DNA of 64,000 nucleotides from Candidatus Omnitrophota bacterium. GTDB taxonomy: Bacteria > Omnitrophota > Gorgyraeia > Gygaellales > Profunditerraquicolaceae. Shown here piece by piece: positions 38,725-50,150 of the stretch (the first letter of the stretch is position 1; the number at the start of each line of letters is the position of its first letter). A program made the position numbers and the translations under genes. Under the pieces are notes generated by a model. The model was not told the origin of the DNA. It saw only the letters and a list, made by a program, of their open reading frames with translations, and searched no databases. Location of the stretch: NCBI GenBank assembly GCA_028716965.1, contig JAQUOV010000004.1, positions 76,298 to 140,297 on the forward strand, given 5' to 3'.

Positions 38725-39984
38725 GTGGAGAAATTAGATATTAAGAACCTTAAAGAGATGAAGATCGGCGAGTTGAATAAACTGGCCAAAGAGTTAAATG
38801 CTAACGGCACCAGCGGCTTAAAAAAACAGGATTTAATTTTTAAGATACTTCAGGCCCAGGCAGAGAAGGAAGGGTTGATGTTCGGGGAAGGGGTATTAGA
38901 GATCCTCTCCGAAGGTTTCGGTTTCTTAAGGAGCCCGAATTACAACTATCTTCCCTGCCCCGACGATATATATATCTCTCCGTCGCAGATCAGGAAATTT
39001 GAGCTGCGTACCGGGGATACGGTCAGCGGGCAGATTCGCCCTCCGAAAGAAGGGGAAAAATATTTTGCCCTGCTTAAAGTGGAAGCGGTCAATTTCGAGA
39101 ACCCCGAAGAGGTGAAGGAAAAAGTGCTTTTTGATAACCTTACACCTGTTTACCCGCGCCAGCCCTTTAATATGGAGACCAAACCGGATGAGATATCCAT
39201 GCGTATTATGGGCTTGCTTACTCCTATCGGGAAAGGCCAGCGCGGATTAATTGTTGCCCAGCCTTACAGCGGCAAGACAGTTTTATTACAGAAGATCGCC
39301 AATGCCATCACCGGCAATAACCCGGATGTTGTCTTAATCGTTCTTTTAATCGACGAGCGGCCGGAAGAGGTTACCGATATGCAGCGTAATGTCAAGGGCG
39401 AGGTGATCTCTTCTACCTTTGATGAGCCGCCGGAACGCCACGTGCAGGTAGCCGAGATCGTCCTGGAAAAGGCAAAACGGCTGGTCGAACACAAGCGCGA
39501 TGTAGTGATCCTTTTGGATAGCATTACCCGCCTGGCGCGCGCCTATAACTCTGTGGTCCCGCACAGTGGAAAGGTGCTTTCAGGAGGAATTGATTCCAAC
39601 GCCCTACAGAAACCCAAAAGGTTTTTTGGCGCAGCGCGCGCGGTAGATGAAGGCGGAAGTTTGACGATTATCGCAACCGCCCTGGTGGATACCGGAAGCC
39701 GTATGGATGAAGTTATCTTTGAAGAGTTCAAAGGTACAGGCAATATGGAGACCCAGCTTGACCGCAACCTGTTCCAGCGCAGGATTTACCCGGCAATTGA
39801 TATTAAGCGTTCCAATACCCGCCATGAAGAGCTTCTGGTTAAGCCGGATGTGCTGCAGAAGACATGGATCTTACGAAAAGTGTTGAATGAATTAAATAAT
39901 GTGGAAGCTATGGAGTTGTTGATAGAGAAACTAAGCAAGACCAAGAATAACGAAGAATTCTTAAACAGCATGAATCAGAAGTAA
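38725..39984 (+). CDS. rho: transcription termination factor Rho
   Basis: N-terminal RNA-binding domain, Walker A (GKT) and RecA-like core; GTG start. Confidence 0.95.
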   Translation: MEKLDIKNLKEMKIGELNKLAKELNANGTSGLKKQDLIFKILQAQAEKEGLMFGEGVLEILSEGFGFLRSPNYNYLPCPDDIYISPSQIRKFELRTGDTVSGQIRPPKEGEKYFALLKVEAVNFENPEEVKEKVLFDNLTPVYPRQPFNMETKPDEISMRIMGLLTPIGKGQRGLIVAQPYSGKTVLLQKIANAITGNNPDVVLIVLLIDERPEEVTDMQRNVKGEVISSTFDEPPERHVQVAEIVLEKAKRLVEHKRDVVILLDSITRLARAYNSVVPHSGKVLSGGIDSNALQKPKRFFGAARAVDEGGSLTIIATALVDTGSRMDEVIFEEFKGTGNMETQLDRNLFQRRIYPAIDIKRSNTRHEELLVKPDVLQKTWILRKVLNELNNVEAMELLIEKLSKTKNNEEFLNSMNQK

Positions 39985-40115
39985 GATTCCGCCTCAGAAC
40001 CTATGCCAAAATTATCGTAGAGAATTTTGGCATATTCGGCGGAATAAATTCGCGCATTGACTTACTCACACTGTCGTGTTCGTAAGTCAAGCGCTCATTT
40101 AAAGGAGGCAGTAAA
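39985..40115 (+). promoter_or_regulatory. conserved ribosomal-protein leader/repeat, copy 2 (upstream of rpmE)
   Basis: Same 5' (taagattccgcctca) and 3' (gtcaagcgctcatttaaaggaggca) ends as 25594-25720. The outer stem ttccgcc/ggcggaa encloses an extra palindromic hairpin (atgccaaaatt...aattttggcat). A second hairpin (gacttac...gtaagtc) abuts the RBS. Confidence 0.45.
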
Positions 40116-40319
40116 ATGAAAGAGAAGATACATCCTAATTACAAAGAAAGTACGATTGTCTGCGCCTGCGGTGAGACAGTACGTACCCGTTCCACCAAGC
40201 CGAGCATCCGCGTTGAGATCTGTTCAAGGTGCCATCCGTTTTTTACCGGGAAGCAAAAATTAGTGGATTCAGCAGGGCGCGTGGATAAGTTTATGAAGAA
40301 GTACGGCAAGAAGCAGTAG
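40116..40319 (+). CDS. rpmE: 50S ribosomal protein L31 (Zn-ribbon form, C-x2-C ... C-x2-H)
   Basis: KIHPNY N-terminus and length 67 aa. Confidence 0.93.
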   Translation: MKEKIHPNYKESTIVCACGETVRTRSTKPSIRVEICSRCHPFFTGKQKLVDSAGRVDKFMKKYGKKQ

Positions 40320-40353
40320 GTAGTATATAGTAGGTAGAATGCAGGGTAGGGTT

Positions 40354-41424
40354 ATGAATGAACAACTGGAAAAAATAGAGGCGCGTTACCAGGAGCTGGA
40401 GCAGCTTTTAGCCAGCCACGAGCTGATTGCCGACCGTGAACAGTATAATAGACTGGCTAAAGAGCTTTCTGATATAAAGCCAATAGTGGTTTTATACCGC
40501 CAGCTCAAGAGTTTGCTTAAGGAAATTATTGACCTTGAAGTTGTGCTGACAGAGAAGCATGATAAGGATTTTCAAGAACTGGTGCAGCTGGAAATCAAGG
40601 AATTGGCTGTTAAGAAAGCGGATGTAGAGCTGAAGCTGGAGAAAATACTGGCTGGAGAAGATAAGGATGCCGGCAGGGCCTGTATCGTGGAGATCAGGCA
40701 GGGTACAGGCGGGGATGAAGCGGGGCTTTTTGCGGCTGACCTTTATCGCATGTATTCTAAATACGCGGACAATAAAGGCTGGGCGATTGAGCCGATGTTT
40801 TCCAGCACTAATGAGGCAGGAGGCGTAAAGGAGATTGCTTTCAGCGTAAAAGGCAAGGATGCATTCCGCTGCCTGAAATTTGAAAGCGGGGTGCACCGCG
40901 TGCAGCGTGTCCCCACTACCGAGTCGCAGGGCCGTATTCATACTTCTACCGCTACGGTTGCGGTTTTAGTCGAACCGGAAGAGGTGGACCTGGTGATTGA
41001 GCCGAAGGATTTAAGGATAGATACTTACCGTTCAAGCGGCCCCGGCGGCCAGCATATGCAGAAGACGGATTCAGCGGTAAGGATTACGCATGTCCCCACG
41101 GGCACGGTGGTTGCCTGCCAGGATGAGCGTTCGCAGATAAAAAACAGGGCCAAGGCAATGAGGGTGTTACGCGCCCGTATCCTGGAGTCCAAAATTGAGG
41201 CGGAAGCAAAGAAATTATCCAGCGCAAGAAAGACCCAGATCGGTACCGGTGACCGCAGCGAGAAGATCCGTACCTATAATTTCCCCGATCGCAGGGTTAC
41301 CGACCACAGGATCAATTTTACCTCGCATCAATTAGAGGCGATCCTGGAGGGACAGATGGATGAATTGACAGGTGCGCTATTAAAGGCGGAAGAAGAAAAG
41401 AAGAATGAGTCCCGCACCTTCTGA
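40354..41424 (+). CDS. prfA: peptide chain release factor 1
   Basis: PxT-like and GGQ (SGPGGQHMQKT) motifs. Start placed at the second ATG (MNEQLEKIE...) by homology to RF1 N-termini. Confidence 0.93.
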   Translation: MNEQLEKIEARYQELEQLLASHELIADREQYNRLAKELSDIKPIVVLYRQLKSLLKEIIDLEVVLTEKHDKDFQELVQLEIKELAVKKADVELKLEKILAGEDKDAGRACIVEIRQGTGGDEAGLFAADLYRMYSKYADNKGWAIEPMFSSTNEAGGVKEIAFSVKGKDAFRCLKFESGVHRVQRVPTTESQGRIHTSTATVAVLVEPEEVDLVIEPKDLRIDTYRSSGPGGQHMQKTDSAVRITHVPTGTVVACQDERSQIKNRAKAMRVLRARILESKIEAEAKKLSSARKTQIGTGDRSEKIRTYNFPDRRVTDHRINFTSHQLEAILEGQMDELTGALLKAEEEKKNESRTF

Positions 41425-41440
41425 TGTTTAATATTAGAGG

Positions 41441-42277
41441 ATGGCGGGTTATAGGATTGAGCATGATGAATACAGGAGAAGGCACGGGGTGAATGAGGCG
41501 GAATTAGTTTTAACCAGTGTTTTAAATTGTGACCGGCTGTCTTTGTACCTGAATAAGAATGCAAGGCTGGAAAAGGAAAAATGCGCGCTGCTTTCTGCGA
41601 TATTGAAACGCAGGGCCGTTGGCGAACCCGTGCAGTATATCCTGGGTGAAACCGAATTTATGGGTTTGAAGTTTAAAGTAGATAAGCGCGCCTTGATTCC
41701 CCGGCCGGAAACAGAGATTTTGGCTGAAACAGCTATAAACGCTTTAAAACAGGCGGGTATTGCCTGTCCCAAAGTCCTTGACCTTGGCACAGGTTCAGGT
41801 TGTATCGCCGTCTCAATAGCTAAAACCCTGAGCCGTTCAGAGGTATGGGGCAGTGATATATCAATTCCGGCATTGCAGTTAGCCAGAGAGAATGCCTGCT
41901 CAAACAACGCAGGGGTCAAGTTCATACGGAGCGATATTTTTGAGGCGTTTAAATCAGAGGATGATAAGTTTGATTTAATTGTCAGCAACCCGCCTTATGT
42001 ATCAACCGGAGAATTCCAGGCCCTGGCAAAAGAGATATCGTTTGAGCCGCAGATAGCTTTAAGCGCAGGCGCTGACGGGCTGGATTTTTACCGTCTCATA
42101 ACCCGCCAGGCTGCATCTTATTTGAAAGACGGCGGCTTGTTGATCTTTGAAGTGGGGAGAGGCCAGGCTGTTTTGGTCAAAGAGATGTTTGATAAGAAAG
42201 TTTTTGACCATTTAAGCCCGGTTATGGATTATAATAATATTGAACGCGTAGTTATGGCCAGGAAAAGGACAGCTTAA
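41441..42277 (+). CDS. prmC: release factor glutamine N5-methyltransferase
   Basis: GTGSG SAM motif and NPPY motif. The true start may be the in-frame GTG ~50 nt downstream. Confidence 0.85.
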   Translation: MAGYRIEHDEYRRRHGVNEAELVLTSVLNCDRLSLYLNKNARLEKEKCALLSAILKRRAVGEPVQYILGETEFMGLKFKVDKRALIPRPETEILAETAINALKQAGIACPKVLDLGTGSGCIAVSIAKTLSRSEVWGSDISIPALQLARENACSNNAGVKFIRSDIFEAFKSEDDKFDLIVSNPPYVSTGEFQALAKEISFEPQIALSAGADGLDFYRLITRQAASYLKDGGLLIFEVGRGQAVLVKEMFDKKVFDHLSPVMDYNNIERVVMARKRTA

Positions 42278-42278
42278 A

Positions 42279-43541
42279 ATGGATAAACTGGTTATTGAAG
42301 GCGGGGTTAAATTAAAAGGCGAGGTTACGGTCTCCGGGGCAAAAAACGCGGTGCTCCCGATTCTGGCGGCAACCCTGCTTACTGATGAACCCTGTGTAAT
42401 CAAGGGGGTGCCGAACCTGCGCGATACCAATAGTATGTTAAAGATCCTGCGCGCCTTAGGCAAGGTTGCCGAGTTTGATAAAGGCAGGGTCAGTGTCTGC
42501 GCGGGAAAAAATACGAACTATATTGCCGAATATAAATTGGTGTCTACTATGCGCGCCTCATTCTGCGTTTTGGGCCCGCTTTTAGGTAAACTGAAGAAAG
42601 CCAAGGTCTCCCTGCCCGGCGGTTGTGTTATCGGCGTACGCCCCGTAGACCTGCACCTTAAGGGGATCAAGGCTTTAGGCGTTGATATAGATATTGATTC
42701 GGGGTATGTGGTTGCAAAGGCAAATAAATTAAAAGGCTCATATATTTACCTGGGCGGAGTGTATGGGTCGTCAGTATTAGCTACAGATAATGTGATGATG
42801 GCTGCGGTCCTGGCAAAAGGAAAAACCATAATTGAATCCGCGGCTTGCGAGCCGGAGGTATCGGATTTAGCGGAGTTCCTGATTAAAATGGGAGCAAAGA
42901 TCAAGGGGCACGGCACTCCGGTTATTGAGATAGAAGGGGTCAAACATTTGCACGGGGCAACGCATTCTATAATCCCCGACCGCATTGAAGCCGGAACATT
43001 GATCCTGGCTTCCCTGGTTACCGGAGGGGATATATTAATCAAGAACGTACAGTATCAGCACCTGGGGTCCTTGGTTGATAAATTAAATGAGGCAGGCGCC
43101 TATCTTGAGCATTCCGACGGATTTTTGCGCGTTAAAGGCAGCAGGAGGTTGAAGTCAGTAAATATAACCACGCTTCCTTATCCGGGTTTTCCTACCGATA
43201 TGCAGGCGCAGATGATGAGTTTAATGTCGGTTACTCCGGGCATAAGTGTAATTACGGAAAAGATCTACCCCGACAGGTTTATGCATGTCTCGGAACTTAA
43301 CCGTATGGGCGCGCATATTCAAAGAGAAGGGCCGCATGCTATTGTTGAAGGCATAAAAAATTTATCCGGCGCTCCGGTAATGGCATCTGACCTGCGCGCT
43401 TCCGCCTGCCTGGTCCTGGCGGGCTTAGCTGCGCGCGGCAGGACCTCCATCTCCAGGATCTATCACTTGGAGCGGGGGTATGAAAACATTGAGCAGAAAT
43501 TAGTTAAACTTGGGGCAAAAGTTTGGAGAGAAAAAGAATGA
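42279..43541 (+). CDS. murA: UDP-N-acetylglucosamine 1-carboxyvinyltransferase
   Basis: Full-length EPSP-synthase-fold MurA with the catalytic Cys region (LPGGCVIG). Confidence 0.95.
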   Translation: MDKLVIEGGVKLKGEVTVSGAKNAVLPILAATLLTDEPCVIKGVPNLRDTNSMLKILRALGKVAEFDKGRVSVCAGKNTNYIAEYKLVSTMRASFCVLGPLLGKLKKAKVSLPGGCVIGVRPVDLHLKGIKALGVDIDIDSGYVVAKANKLKGSYIYLGGVYGSSVLATDNVMMAAVLAKGKTIIESAACEPEVSDLAEFLIKMGAKIKGHGTPVIEIEGVKHLHGATHSIIPDRIEAGTLILASLVTGGDILIKNVQYQHLGSLVDKLNEAGAYLEHSDGFLRVKGSRRLKSVNITTLPYPGFPTDMQAQMMSLMSVTPGISVITEKIYPDRFMHVSELNRMGAHIQREGPHAIVEGIKNLSGAPVMASDLRASACLVLAGLAARGRTSISRIYHLERGYENIEQKLVKLGAKVWREKE

Positions 43542-44104
43542 TTTTAATGATTGATAATTACGATTCTTTCACCTATAACCTTGTGCAGTACCTGGGTGAG
43601 CTGGGCCAGGCGGTCAAGGTTTACCGCAATGACGCCTTAAGCATTGATGATATCAAGAAACTTCATCCGGCAAAGATTGTCATATCGCCTGGGCCGGGCC
43701 GGCCGGAGGATGCTGGTATATCCTGCGATGTTATCCGCGAATTCAGCGCAAAGATCCCCCTCTTGGGGGTTTGCCTGGGGCATCAGGCAATCGGGTATGT
43801 TTTTGGGGGCAAGATAGTAGGCGCCAAGAAGCTTATGCACGGCAAGACCTCAAAGATATACCACAACAGGAAAGATATCTTCAAAGGTATCCCCGATCCT
43901 TTTACAGCCACGCGCTATCATTCTTTACTGGTTGAGAGGAAGAGTTTGCCTGAGTGCCTTGAGATAACCGCTTTTACAGCCGAAGATGAGATTATGGGAT
44001 TAAAACATAAGGCATACCCTGTCTGGGGCGTGCAGTTCCATCCGGAGTCCATACTTACTAAGAGCGGAAAACAGATATTGGATAATTTTATCAAGTTAAA
44101 ATGA
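43523..44104 (+). CDS. trpG: anthranilate synthase component II / class-I glutamine amidotransferase
   Basis: [15 protein letters not shown]-terminus, catalytic GVCLGHQ and HPES motifs. Confidence 0.85.
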   Translation: MERKRMILMIDNYDSFTYNLVQYLGELGQAVKVYRNDALSIDDIKKLHPAKIVISPGPGRPEDAGISCDVIREFSAKIPLLGVCLGHQAIGYVFGGKIVGAKKLMHGKTSKIYHNRKDIFKGIPDPFTATRYHSLLVERKSLPECLEITAFTAEDEIMGLKHKAYPVWGVQFHPESILTKSGKQILDNFIKLK

Positions 44105-45108
44105 TCAAAGACCTGCTTGGGCAATTGGTTAATAAGAAAGATTTAACCGCTGGACAGATGCAGCAGGTAATGCGTGAGATCTTAAGCGGCGTAACCGATA
44201 CGGCTGATATTGTCAACTTCCTTACTGCCTTGAACGAAAAAGGCGAGACAGTTGAAGAGTTGACCGCGGCGGTAAAAGAAATGCTTAAATATGTTGAGCC
44301 GATTATCATAGATACCAAGAGTATATTGGATACCTGCGGAACAGGGGGAGACAAAAAGGGGACCTTTAATATCTCGACGATTACCGCGATAGTTGCCAGC
44401 GGTTCAGGTATAACTGTAGCCAAGCACGGTAACCGTTCGGTATCCAGTAAATGCGGCAGCGCGGATATTTTAGAGGCGCTGGGCGTAAATATTAATATGG
44501 ATAAGGCAAAGATAAAGAGATGTCTTGAGGAGATCGGTATTGCATTTTTGTTTGCGCCGAGCCTGCATCCGGCAATGAAAAATGTCATGCCGGCAAGAAA
44601 GCAGATCTCCGGCAAGACCATGTTTAATATCCTGGGGCCGCTGATCAACCCTGCGCGCGCGACTAATCAGCTGATCGGGGTATATTCGGTTGAATGGACC
44701 GGGCCATTGGCGCAGGTTTTATATAATTTGGGCTCAAGGCATGTTTTGGTGGTACATGGAGCAGACGGCCTGGATGAAGTGACTACTACCGGCAAGAGTT
44801 TTATTTCCGAAGTCAATAACGGGGCGTTCAGGGGCTATGAAATAAGCCCGGAAGATTTTGGCCTGTCCAGGGCCAGACCGGAAGATTTAGCCGGAGGTTC
44901 AATTGAAGATAATGTTGAAATTGTCCGGGATGTGCTGGGCGGCAAAAAGGGCAGGGCGCGGGATATTGTTTTATTGAATGCCGGTTGCGCTATTTATGCC
45001 GCTGATAAAGCCAGCAGCATTGCCGAAGGGATAAAATTGGCCGAGAACTCCATTGATTCGGGGGCAGCATCTAAGAAACTGGAGTTATTAAAGGAGTATT
45101 CGCGCTAA
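44101..45108 (+). CDS. trpD: anthranilate phosphoribosyltransferase
   Basis: CGTGGDxxGTFNIST motif. Confidence 0.93.
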   Translation: MIKDLLGQLVNKKDLTAGQMQQVMREILSGVTDTADIVNFLTALNEKGETVEELTAAVKEMLKYVEPIIIDTKSILDTCGTGGDKKGTFNISTITAIVASGSGITVAKHGNRSVSSKCGSADILEALGVNINMDKAKIKRCLEEIGIAFLFAPSLHPAMKNVMPARKQISGKTMFNILGPLINPARATNQLIGVYSVEWTGPLAQVLYNLGSRHVLVVHGADGLDEVTTTGKSFISEVNNGAFRGYEISPEDFGLSRARPEDLAGGSIEDNVEIVRDVLGGKKGRARDIVLLNAGCAIYAADKASSIAEGIKLAENSIDSGAASKKLELLKEYSR

Positions 45109-45109
45109 G

Positions 45110-45898
45110 ATGGCTAAGGTTGATATTTTAAAAGAGATTGTGGCGAAGAAAAAGGAAAGGATCGCTTTATGCAAGCAGCAACTTTCCGAGGATGACCTAA
45201 AGGCGAAGTTAACCGGCCTTGCGCCATGCCGTCCGTTCAAAGAGGCGATCAGCAAGCCGCGCCAGATTTCGCTTATTGCCGAGATCAAGCAATCTTCCCC
45301 TTCAAAGGGGTTGATCCGTCAGAACTTCAACTTGCAGGAGATCGCCCAAAGCTACCAGGATGCCGGGGTGCAGGCTGTTTCTGTCTTGACCGAAGAGGAT
45401 TTCTTCGGGGGCAGCCCGCTTTATATCAATGAGGTAAAGAAATTAATTACCGCCGCGGTTTTAAGAAAAGATTTCATTTTAGAAAGCTATCAGGTATATG
45501 AATCGCGTTATTTGGGGGCGGATGCGGTCTTGCTCATCGCGGATTTATTGACTAAAGATCAACTGGTGGAGCTAATGCAGGTTGCAGACAGCCTGGATAT
45601 GGATTATCTGGTGGAGGTGCATGACGAAAAAGAGCTCAAAAAAATACTGAAACTGAAGGTCCCCATGATTGGAATAAATAACCGTAATCTGCATACCCTG
45701 GAGGTTGATTTTAAGACTACCGAGAAGTTATTTACTTTGATCCCCCGCGATAAAGTGGTGGTTGTGGAAAGCGGGATTAAGAATTACCAGGATGTTTTAT
45801 TCCTGAAGATACTGGGCGCAAGCGCAGTCTTAATCGGCACTGTCTTTATGGAAGCCGAAGATGTAAAGAAGAAAGTAGAGGAGGTAATGGGTTGGTAG
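45110..45898 (+). CDS. trpC: indole-3-glycerol phosphate synthase
   Basis: IAEIKQxSPSKG and INNRNL motifs. Confidence 0.93.
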   Translation: MAKVDILKEIVAKKKERIALCKQQLSEDDLKAKLTGLAPCRPFKEAISKPRQISLIAEIKQSSPSKGLIRQNFNLQEIAQSYQDAGVQAVSVLTEEDFFGGSPLYINEVKKLITAAVLRKDFILESYQVYESRYLGADAVLLIADLLTKDQLVELMQVADSLDMDYLVEVHDEKELKKILKLKVPMIGINNRNLHTLEVDFKTTEKLFTLIPRDKVVVVESGIKNYQDVLFLKILGASAVLIGTVFMEAEDVKKKVEEVMGW

Positions 45899-45910
45899 GT
45901 GCTCGGGGTC

Positions 45911-45930
45911 CCTGCCTGCCGGCAGGCAGG
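45911..45930. promoter_or_regulatory. perfect 20-nt GC-rich palindrome between trpC and trpF
   Basis: cctgcctgcc/ggcaggcagg read directly, followed by a weakly T-rich stretch. Confidence 0.3.
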
Positions 45931-45958
45931 CTGCCGCTGACGTTTATAGTGTTAATGT

Positions 45959-46573
45959 ATGGTAAAAATAAAGATTTGCGGTATAACTAATTTGGAAGAC
46001 GCGCTTGCGGTTCTGTTCAGCGGGGCAAATGCCCTGGGGTTTGTTTTTTATAAAAAAAGCCCGCGTTATATCAGCCCGCTTAAAGCCAGGAACATATCGC
46101 GTATTTTGCCCAAGAAGATCGCCCGCGTGGGCGTTTTTGTAGACGAGGATATTAAGACGGTAAAAAAGATTGCTCGTCTTTGCGGTTTAAATATGCTGCA
46201 GTTCCATGGCCATGAGCCTGCCGCATATTGCCGTAAATTCAAAGGTTATAAAGTTATTAAGGCGTTTCCCGTCAAGGATGGCCTTGATTTGGCCAAGATA
46301 TCGGAGTATAAGGGATGCGCCATGCTTTTTGACACATATTTAAAAGGTTGCCCGGGCGGCACGGGTAAAAAGTTTAACTGGAATTTATTAAGAAAACTGG
46401 ATAAAATAAAACGTCCGTTTTTTATCTCCGGTGGCTTGACTGCTGGCAACGTAGGGAAGGTAATCAAATCATTAAAACCGGATTGGGTGGATGCCTCAAG
46501 CGCGTTAGAGTCGGAGCCTGGTAAAAAGGACCACCGTAAGATCAGGGAATTTTTAGACAGCTGCTGCCGTTAG
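45959..46573 (+). CDS. trpF: phosphoribosylanthranilate isomerase
   Basis: KICGIT N-terminus and TIM-barrel PRAI motifs. Confidence 0.9.
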   Translation: MVKIKICGITNLEDALAVLFSGANALGFVFYKKSPRYISPLKARNISRILPKKIARVGVFVDEDIKTVKKIARLCGLNMLQFHGHEPAAYCRKFKGYKVIKAFPVKDGLDLAKISEYKGCAMLFDTYLKGCPGGTGKKFNWNLLRKLDKIKRPFFISGGLTAGNVGKVIKSLKPDWVDASSALESEPGKKDHRKIREFLDSCCR

Positions 46574-46580
46574 GTTTGTT

Positions 46581-46940
46581 TTGAAGATGAAAAAATGCCC
46601 ATTTTGCAGGGAAGAGATCCAGGATGATGCCGTAAAATGCAGGTATTGCGGAGAGTTCCTGAATAAAAAGAAAAAAGGCTTAAGTTGTCTTTTAGGCTGC
46701 CTGGCGGCATTGCTTATATTTGTCATCCTGGTTAATATATTCCTTTACCTGGTTTTTGGTTTTTTTAAAAATGTAATGTACACGCCCCCGTTTATGGGGA
46801 TGAACCTGCCGCATTGCTATTTGCCGTTAAATGCGCATGATGCCCAGGTTATGCTTAAGGATTTAGGGGAGGGTTTGCGTGCCTTCTGGGAGAATATTGT
46901 TGGAGGATCACTGCAGGGCTACCAAAGGATTTACCCATGA
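46581..46940 (+). CDS. zinc-ribbon (CPxC...CRxCG) membrane protein inserted in the trp operon
   Basis: N-terminal [21 protein letters not shown] followed by a TM helix. Paralogous in motif to the protein at 55724. Confidence 0.6.
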   Translation: MKMKKCPFCREEIQDDAVKCRYCGEFLNKKKKGLSCLLGCLAALLIFVILVNIFLYLVFGFFKNVMYTPPFMGMNLPHCYLPLNAHDAQVMLKDLGEGLRAFWENIVGGSLQGYQRIYP

Positions 46941-48115
46941 GACAAAAGATTTTACCGGATAAAACAGGGCATTTCGGAGTTTTCGGCGGGAGGTTTGTTC
47001 CCGAAACATTGATTTATGCCCTGGATGAACTGGAAAAAAAGTATTCCTCGGCTAAAAAAGACAAAAGATTCCGGGAAGAGTTTTCCGCTTATCTTAGTGA
47101 ATACGCCGGCAGGCCGACCCCGTTATACCTGGCTAAGAATTTAAGCAGGCATATCGGTATAAAGAGGGTTTATTTGAAAAGGGAGGATCTTCTACACACC
47201 GGCGCCCATAAAATAAATAATACTTTGGGCCAGGCGATCCTGGCAAAGATGATGGGCAAGAAAAGGGTAATCGCCGAGACAGGTGCCGGCCAGCATGGGG
47301 TGGCTACCGCAACGGTTGCGGCATTATTCGGTTTAAAGTGCGATGTGTATATGGGTGAAGAGGATATCCAGCGCCAGGCATTGAATGTTTTGCGGATGAA
47401 GTTGTTGGGCGCCCGGGTGATCCCGGTAAAAAGCGGGACCAGGACTTTAAAGGACGCTATGACTGAAGCCCTGCGCGATTGGGTAACTAATGTACGCCAT
47501 ACCTATTATATTATCGGCACGGTTGCCGGGCCGCATCCGTATCCGGCTATGGTGCGTGATTTCCAGTCGGTAATCGGCAAAGAGGCAAAACAACAGATCC
47601 TGAAAAAAGAAAAAAGGCTGCCGGATTACCTCGTGGCTTGCGTAGGAGGCGGCAGCAATGCTATGGGGCTGTTTTATCCTTTCTTTAAAGATAGGTCAGT
47701 GAAAATGATCGGCGTAGAAGCTGCTGGGTTAGGGTTGTTTTCGGGTAAACATTCGGCAAGCCTGGTCTCCGGCACACCCGGAGTCTTGCATGGCTGTAAA
47801 TCCGATGTCCTGGAAGATAAATTCGGACAGATTAAAAACGCGCATTCCATCGCAGCGGGATTGGATTACCCGGGGGTTGGGCCGGAGCATGCTTATTATA
47901 AAGAGATCAAGAGGGCCGATTACGTAGCGGTCAGCGATAAAGAAGCCCTGGAAGGGTTTAAACTGTTATCTGAAGTTGAAGGGATAATCCCGGCGCTTGA
48001 ATCCGCGCACGCCATTGCTTATTTGAAAAAGGCAGGGAAGAATATAAAGAAGGGCGCGGTAGTTATCCTCTGTCTTTCAGGAAGAGGAGATAAGGATTTG
48101 CATGAATCGTATTGA
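46937..48115 (+). CDS. trpB: tryptophan synthase beta chain
   Basis: PLP-binding HxGAHKxN motif and GGGSNA motif. Confidence 0.95.
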   Translation: MRQKILPDKTGHFGVFGGRFVPETLIYALDELEKKYSSAKKDKRFREEFSAYLSEYAGRPTPLYLAKNLSRHIGIKRVYLKREDLLHTGAHKINNTLGQAILAKMMGKKRVIAETGAGQHGVATATVAALFGLKCDVYMGEEDIQRQALNVLRMKLLGARVIPVKSGTRTLKDAMTEALRDWVTNVRHTYYIIGTVAGPHPYPAMVRDFQSVIGKEAKQQILKKEKRLPDYLVACVGGGSNAMGLFYPFFKDRSVKMIGVEAAGLGLFSGKHSASLVSGTPGVLHGCKSDVLEDKFGQIKNAHSIAAGLDYPGVGPEHAYYKEIKRADYVAVSDKEALEGFKLLSEVEGIIPALESAHAIAYLKKAGKNIKKGAVVILCLSGRGDKDLHESY

Positions 48116-48896
48116 TAATAAGTTTAGGGAGTTGAAGAAAAAAGGCAGGAAGGCGTTTATCGCTTTTATCACCGCGGGATACCCGAATTTAAATACGACC
48201 GCCAAGCTTGTGCTGGAGCTTGAAAAAAAAGGGGTGGACATAATTGAATTGGGAGTGCCTTTTTCCGACCCTCTGGCTGACGGCCCGGTGATCCAGGAGT
48301 CTTCCATGTATTCCCTGAGGAAGAAAACAAATTTGATAAAGATCCTGGATTTGGTAAAGTCTTTACGTAAGGATACGGACTTGCCAATCTGCCTGATGAG
48401 TTATTACAACCCCATATTTTGCCTTGGGGATAAGCGTTTTGTGGATAAGGCTTTAGCTGCGGGGGTTGACGGGATGATTATCCCTGATTTGCCTCCCGAG
48501 GAAGCAAGGGAGTTGATTTCTTACGCGAATAAGAAAGGTTTAGCTAATATTTGTTTTCTTGCTCCGACCAGTTCGCCTGCCCGGATCAAGTCAATAGCTA
48601 AAACAGCCAGGGGTTTTATCTATTATGTTTCTTTGACCGGGGTTACCGGCAGCCGCAATAAGCTGGCAGCGGATCTGAAATCAAACCTGGCGAAAATTAA
48701 GAAAGCGGCGCGTATTCCGGTTTGTGTGGGGTTTGGTATTTCTAACGCCGCCCAGCTGAAACAGGTACAGGCATATTCTGATGGCGCAATTGTCGGCAGC
48801 GCGATCGTAAATAAGATAAGGGAGAACATCAAACGCCGGGATTTGGTAAAAAGAGTTGGCAATTTTATAGGAAGTTTTAATGTTCAGAAAAAGTAA
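48102..48896 (+). CDS. trpA: tryptophan synthase alpha chain
   Basis: [14 protein letters not shown] active-site motif. Confidence 0.93.
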   Translation: MNRIDNKFRELKKKGRKAFIAFITAGYPNLNTTAKLVLELEKKGVDIIELGVPFSDPLADGPVIQESSMYSLRKKTNLIKILDLVKSLRKDTDLPICLMSYYNPIFCLGDKRFVDKALAAGVDGMIIPDLPPEEARELISYANKKGLANICFLAPTSSPARIKSIAKTARGFIYYVSLTGVTGSRNKLAADLKSNLAKIKKAARIPVCVGFGISNAAQLKQVQAYSDGAIVGSAIVNKIRENIKRRDLVKRVGNFIGSFNVQKK

Positions 48897-50148
48897 ATTA
48901 GGCAACGGCTTAAGGATAATTACCAAGCGTTTAAGCGGCGTAGGCAGCATCTCTCTGGGGATTTGGATTAATATCGGGGGCCGCTATGAAAAACCCGCCC
49001 ATAAAGGTATTTCGCATTTCTTAGAGCACCTGCTTTTTAAGGGAAGCGAAAAATACTCCTGCCGCGCGATTAAAGAGTTAATTGAAGGAGCAGGAGGCGT
49101 CTTAAACGGTTTTACCTCCGAAGAGCTTACCTGTTACCTGGTCAAGATACCCAGCCGCTATATGGTTAAAGCCTTTGATATCCTCTCCGATATGGTAGTT
49201 GCTCCGTGCCTGAAACAGGAGGATATTGAAAAAGAGAAGACGGTTATCCTGGAAGAGTTGAAGATGTATAGAGACCTTCCGCAAAGCTATGTTTATGAGC
49301 TCCTGGATGAGTTGCTTTGGCCGCATCAGGCGATCGGCGAGCCGGTAATCGGGACAGTTGAGACAGTAAGAAATACCACCCGTCATAATATAAGCTCTTT
49401 TCAAAAAGAGCATTATAGCCCCGCCAATATCGTGATCAGCGCCGCAGGCCTGGTAGACCATGGTTTATTGGCAAAAAAAGTTTCCGCAATCTTTGCGGGT
49501 AAGGCCCCCGGAGGATTGAATACATTTACGGTTGCTGTAGAATCCCAGGAAAAACAGCAGCTTAAGATATTCCATAAAGCCACCGAGCAGACCCATATGG
49601 CGCTGGGGTTCCATGGATTAAAGCGCGACCATCCTTTAAAGCATGCCCAGGCATTGCTGCATATAATCTTAGGGGCGAATATGTCCAGCCGCCTTTTTAA
49701 CGAGGTAAGGGAAAAAAGAGGATTGGCTTATGAGATAGGCACGGGGTTGAAACGTTACCATGATACCGGGGCGTTCCTGGTCCACGCCGGCATAGATAAC
49801 TACAAGGTTGTTCCCTGCCTGGAATTAATTTTCAAGGAGCTGGGAAAGGTAAAAAATAAACCGGTGACCGCCGATGAGTTTAAACGGGCAAAAGAATTTT
49901 ACCTGGGCCAACTGACGCTTGCCTTAGAGGATACTATGGAGTATATGCTTTGGATGGGGGAGAGCATGGCCTGCACGGATAAAGTCTATACACTGGAGGA
50001 GGTTATTAAAGAGGTGAATAAGGTAAAGATTGAAGACCTGCGGCAGGTTGCGCAGCAGGTGTTCAAGCGCAATAAGATAAACCTGGCCCTGATCGGCCCT
50101 TTAGAGAAGGAAAACAAGAGGATTTATTCAAGGCTTAATCTAAGTTAA
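48880..50148 (+). CDS. M16-family zinc peptidase (pitrilysin/insulinase-like)
   Basis: Inverted zinc motif HFLEH and downstream conserved Glu region. Confidence 0.85.
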   Translation: MFRKSKLGNGLRIITKRLSGVGSISLGIWINIGGRYEKPAHKGISHFLEHLLFKGSEKYSCRAIKELIEGAGGVLNGFTSEELTCYLVKIPSRYMVKAFDILSDMVVAPCLKQEDIEKEKTVILEELKMYRDLPQSYVYELLDELLWPHQAIGEPVIGTVETVRNTTRHNISSFQKEHYSPANIVISAAGLVDHGLLAKKVSAIFAGKAPGGLNTFTVAVESQEKQQLKIFHKATEQTHMALGFHGLKRDHPLKHAQALLHIILGANMSSRLFNEVREKRGLAYEIGTGLKRYHDTGAFLVHAGIDNYKVVPCLELIFKELGKVKNKPVTADEFKRAKEFYLGQLTLALEDTMEYMLWMGESMACTDKVYTLEEVIKEVNKVKIEDLRQVAQQVFKRNKINLALIGPLEKENKRIYSRLNLS

Positions 50149-50150
50149 AG

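Noticed and set aside
44091-44648. 185-aa minus-strand ORF
   Set aside because: Antisense to trpD, which has clear catalytic motifs. No RBS or domain support.
45911-45930. Additional degenerate copy of the structured GC-rich element between trpC and trpF
   Set aside because: Only the gcctgcc/ggcaggc flavour is shared. The flanking conserved blocks (cccgagcgaag, aaacaagacaa tail) are absent.
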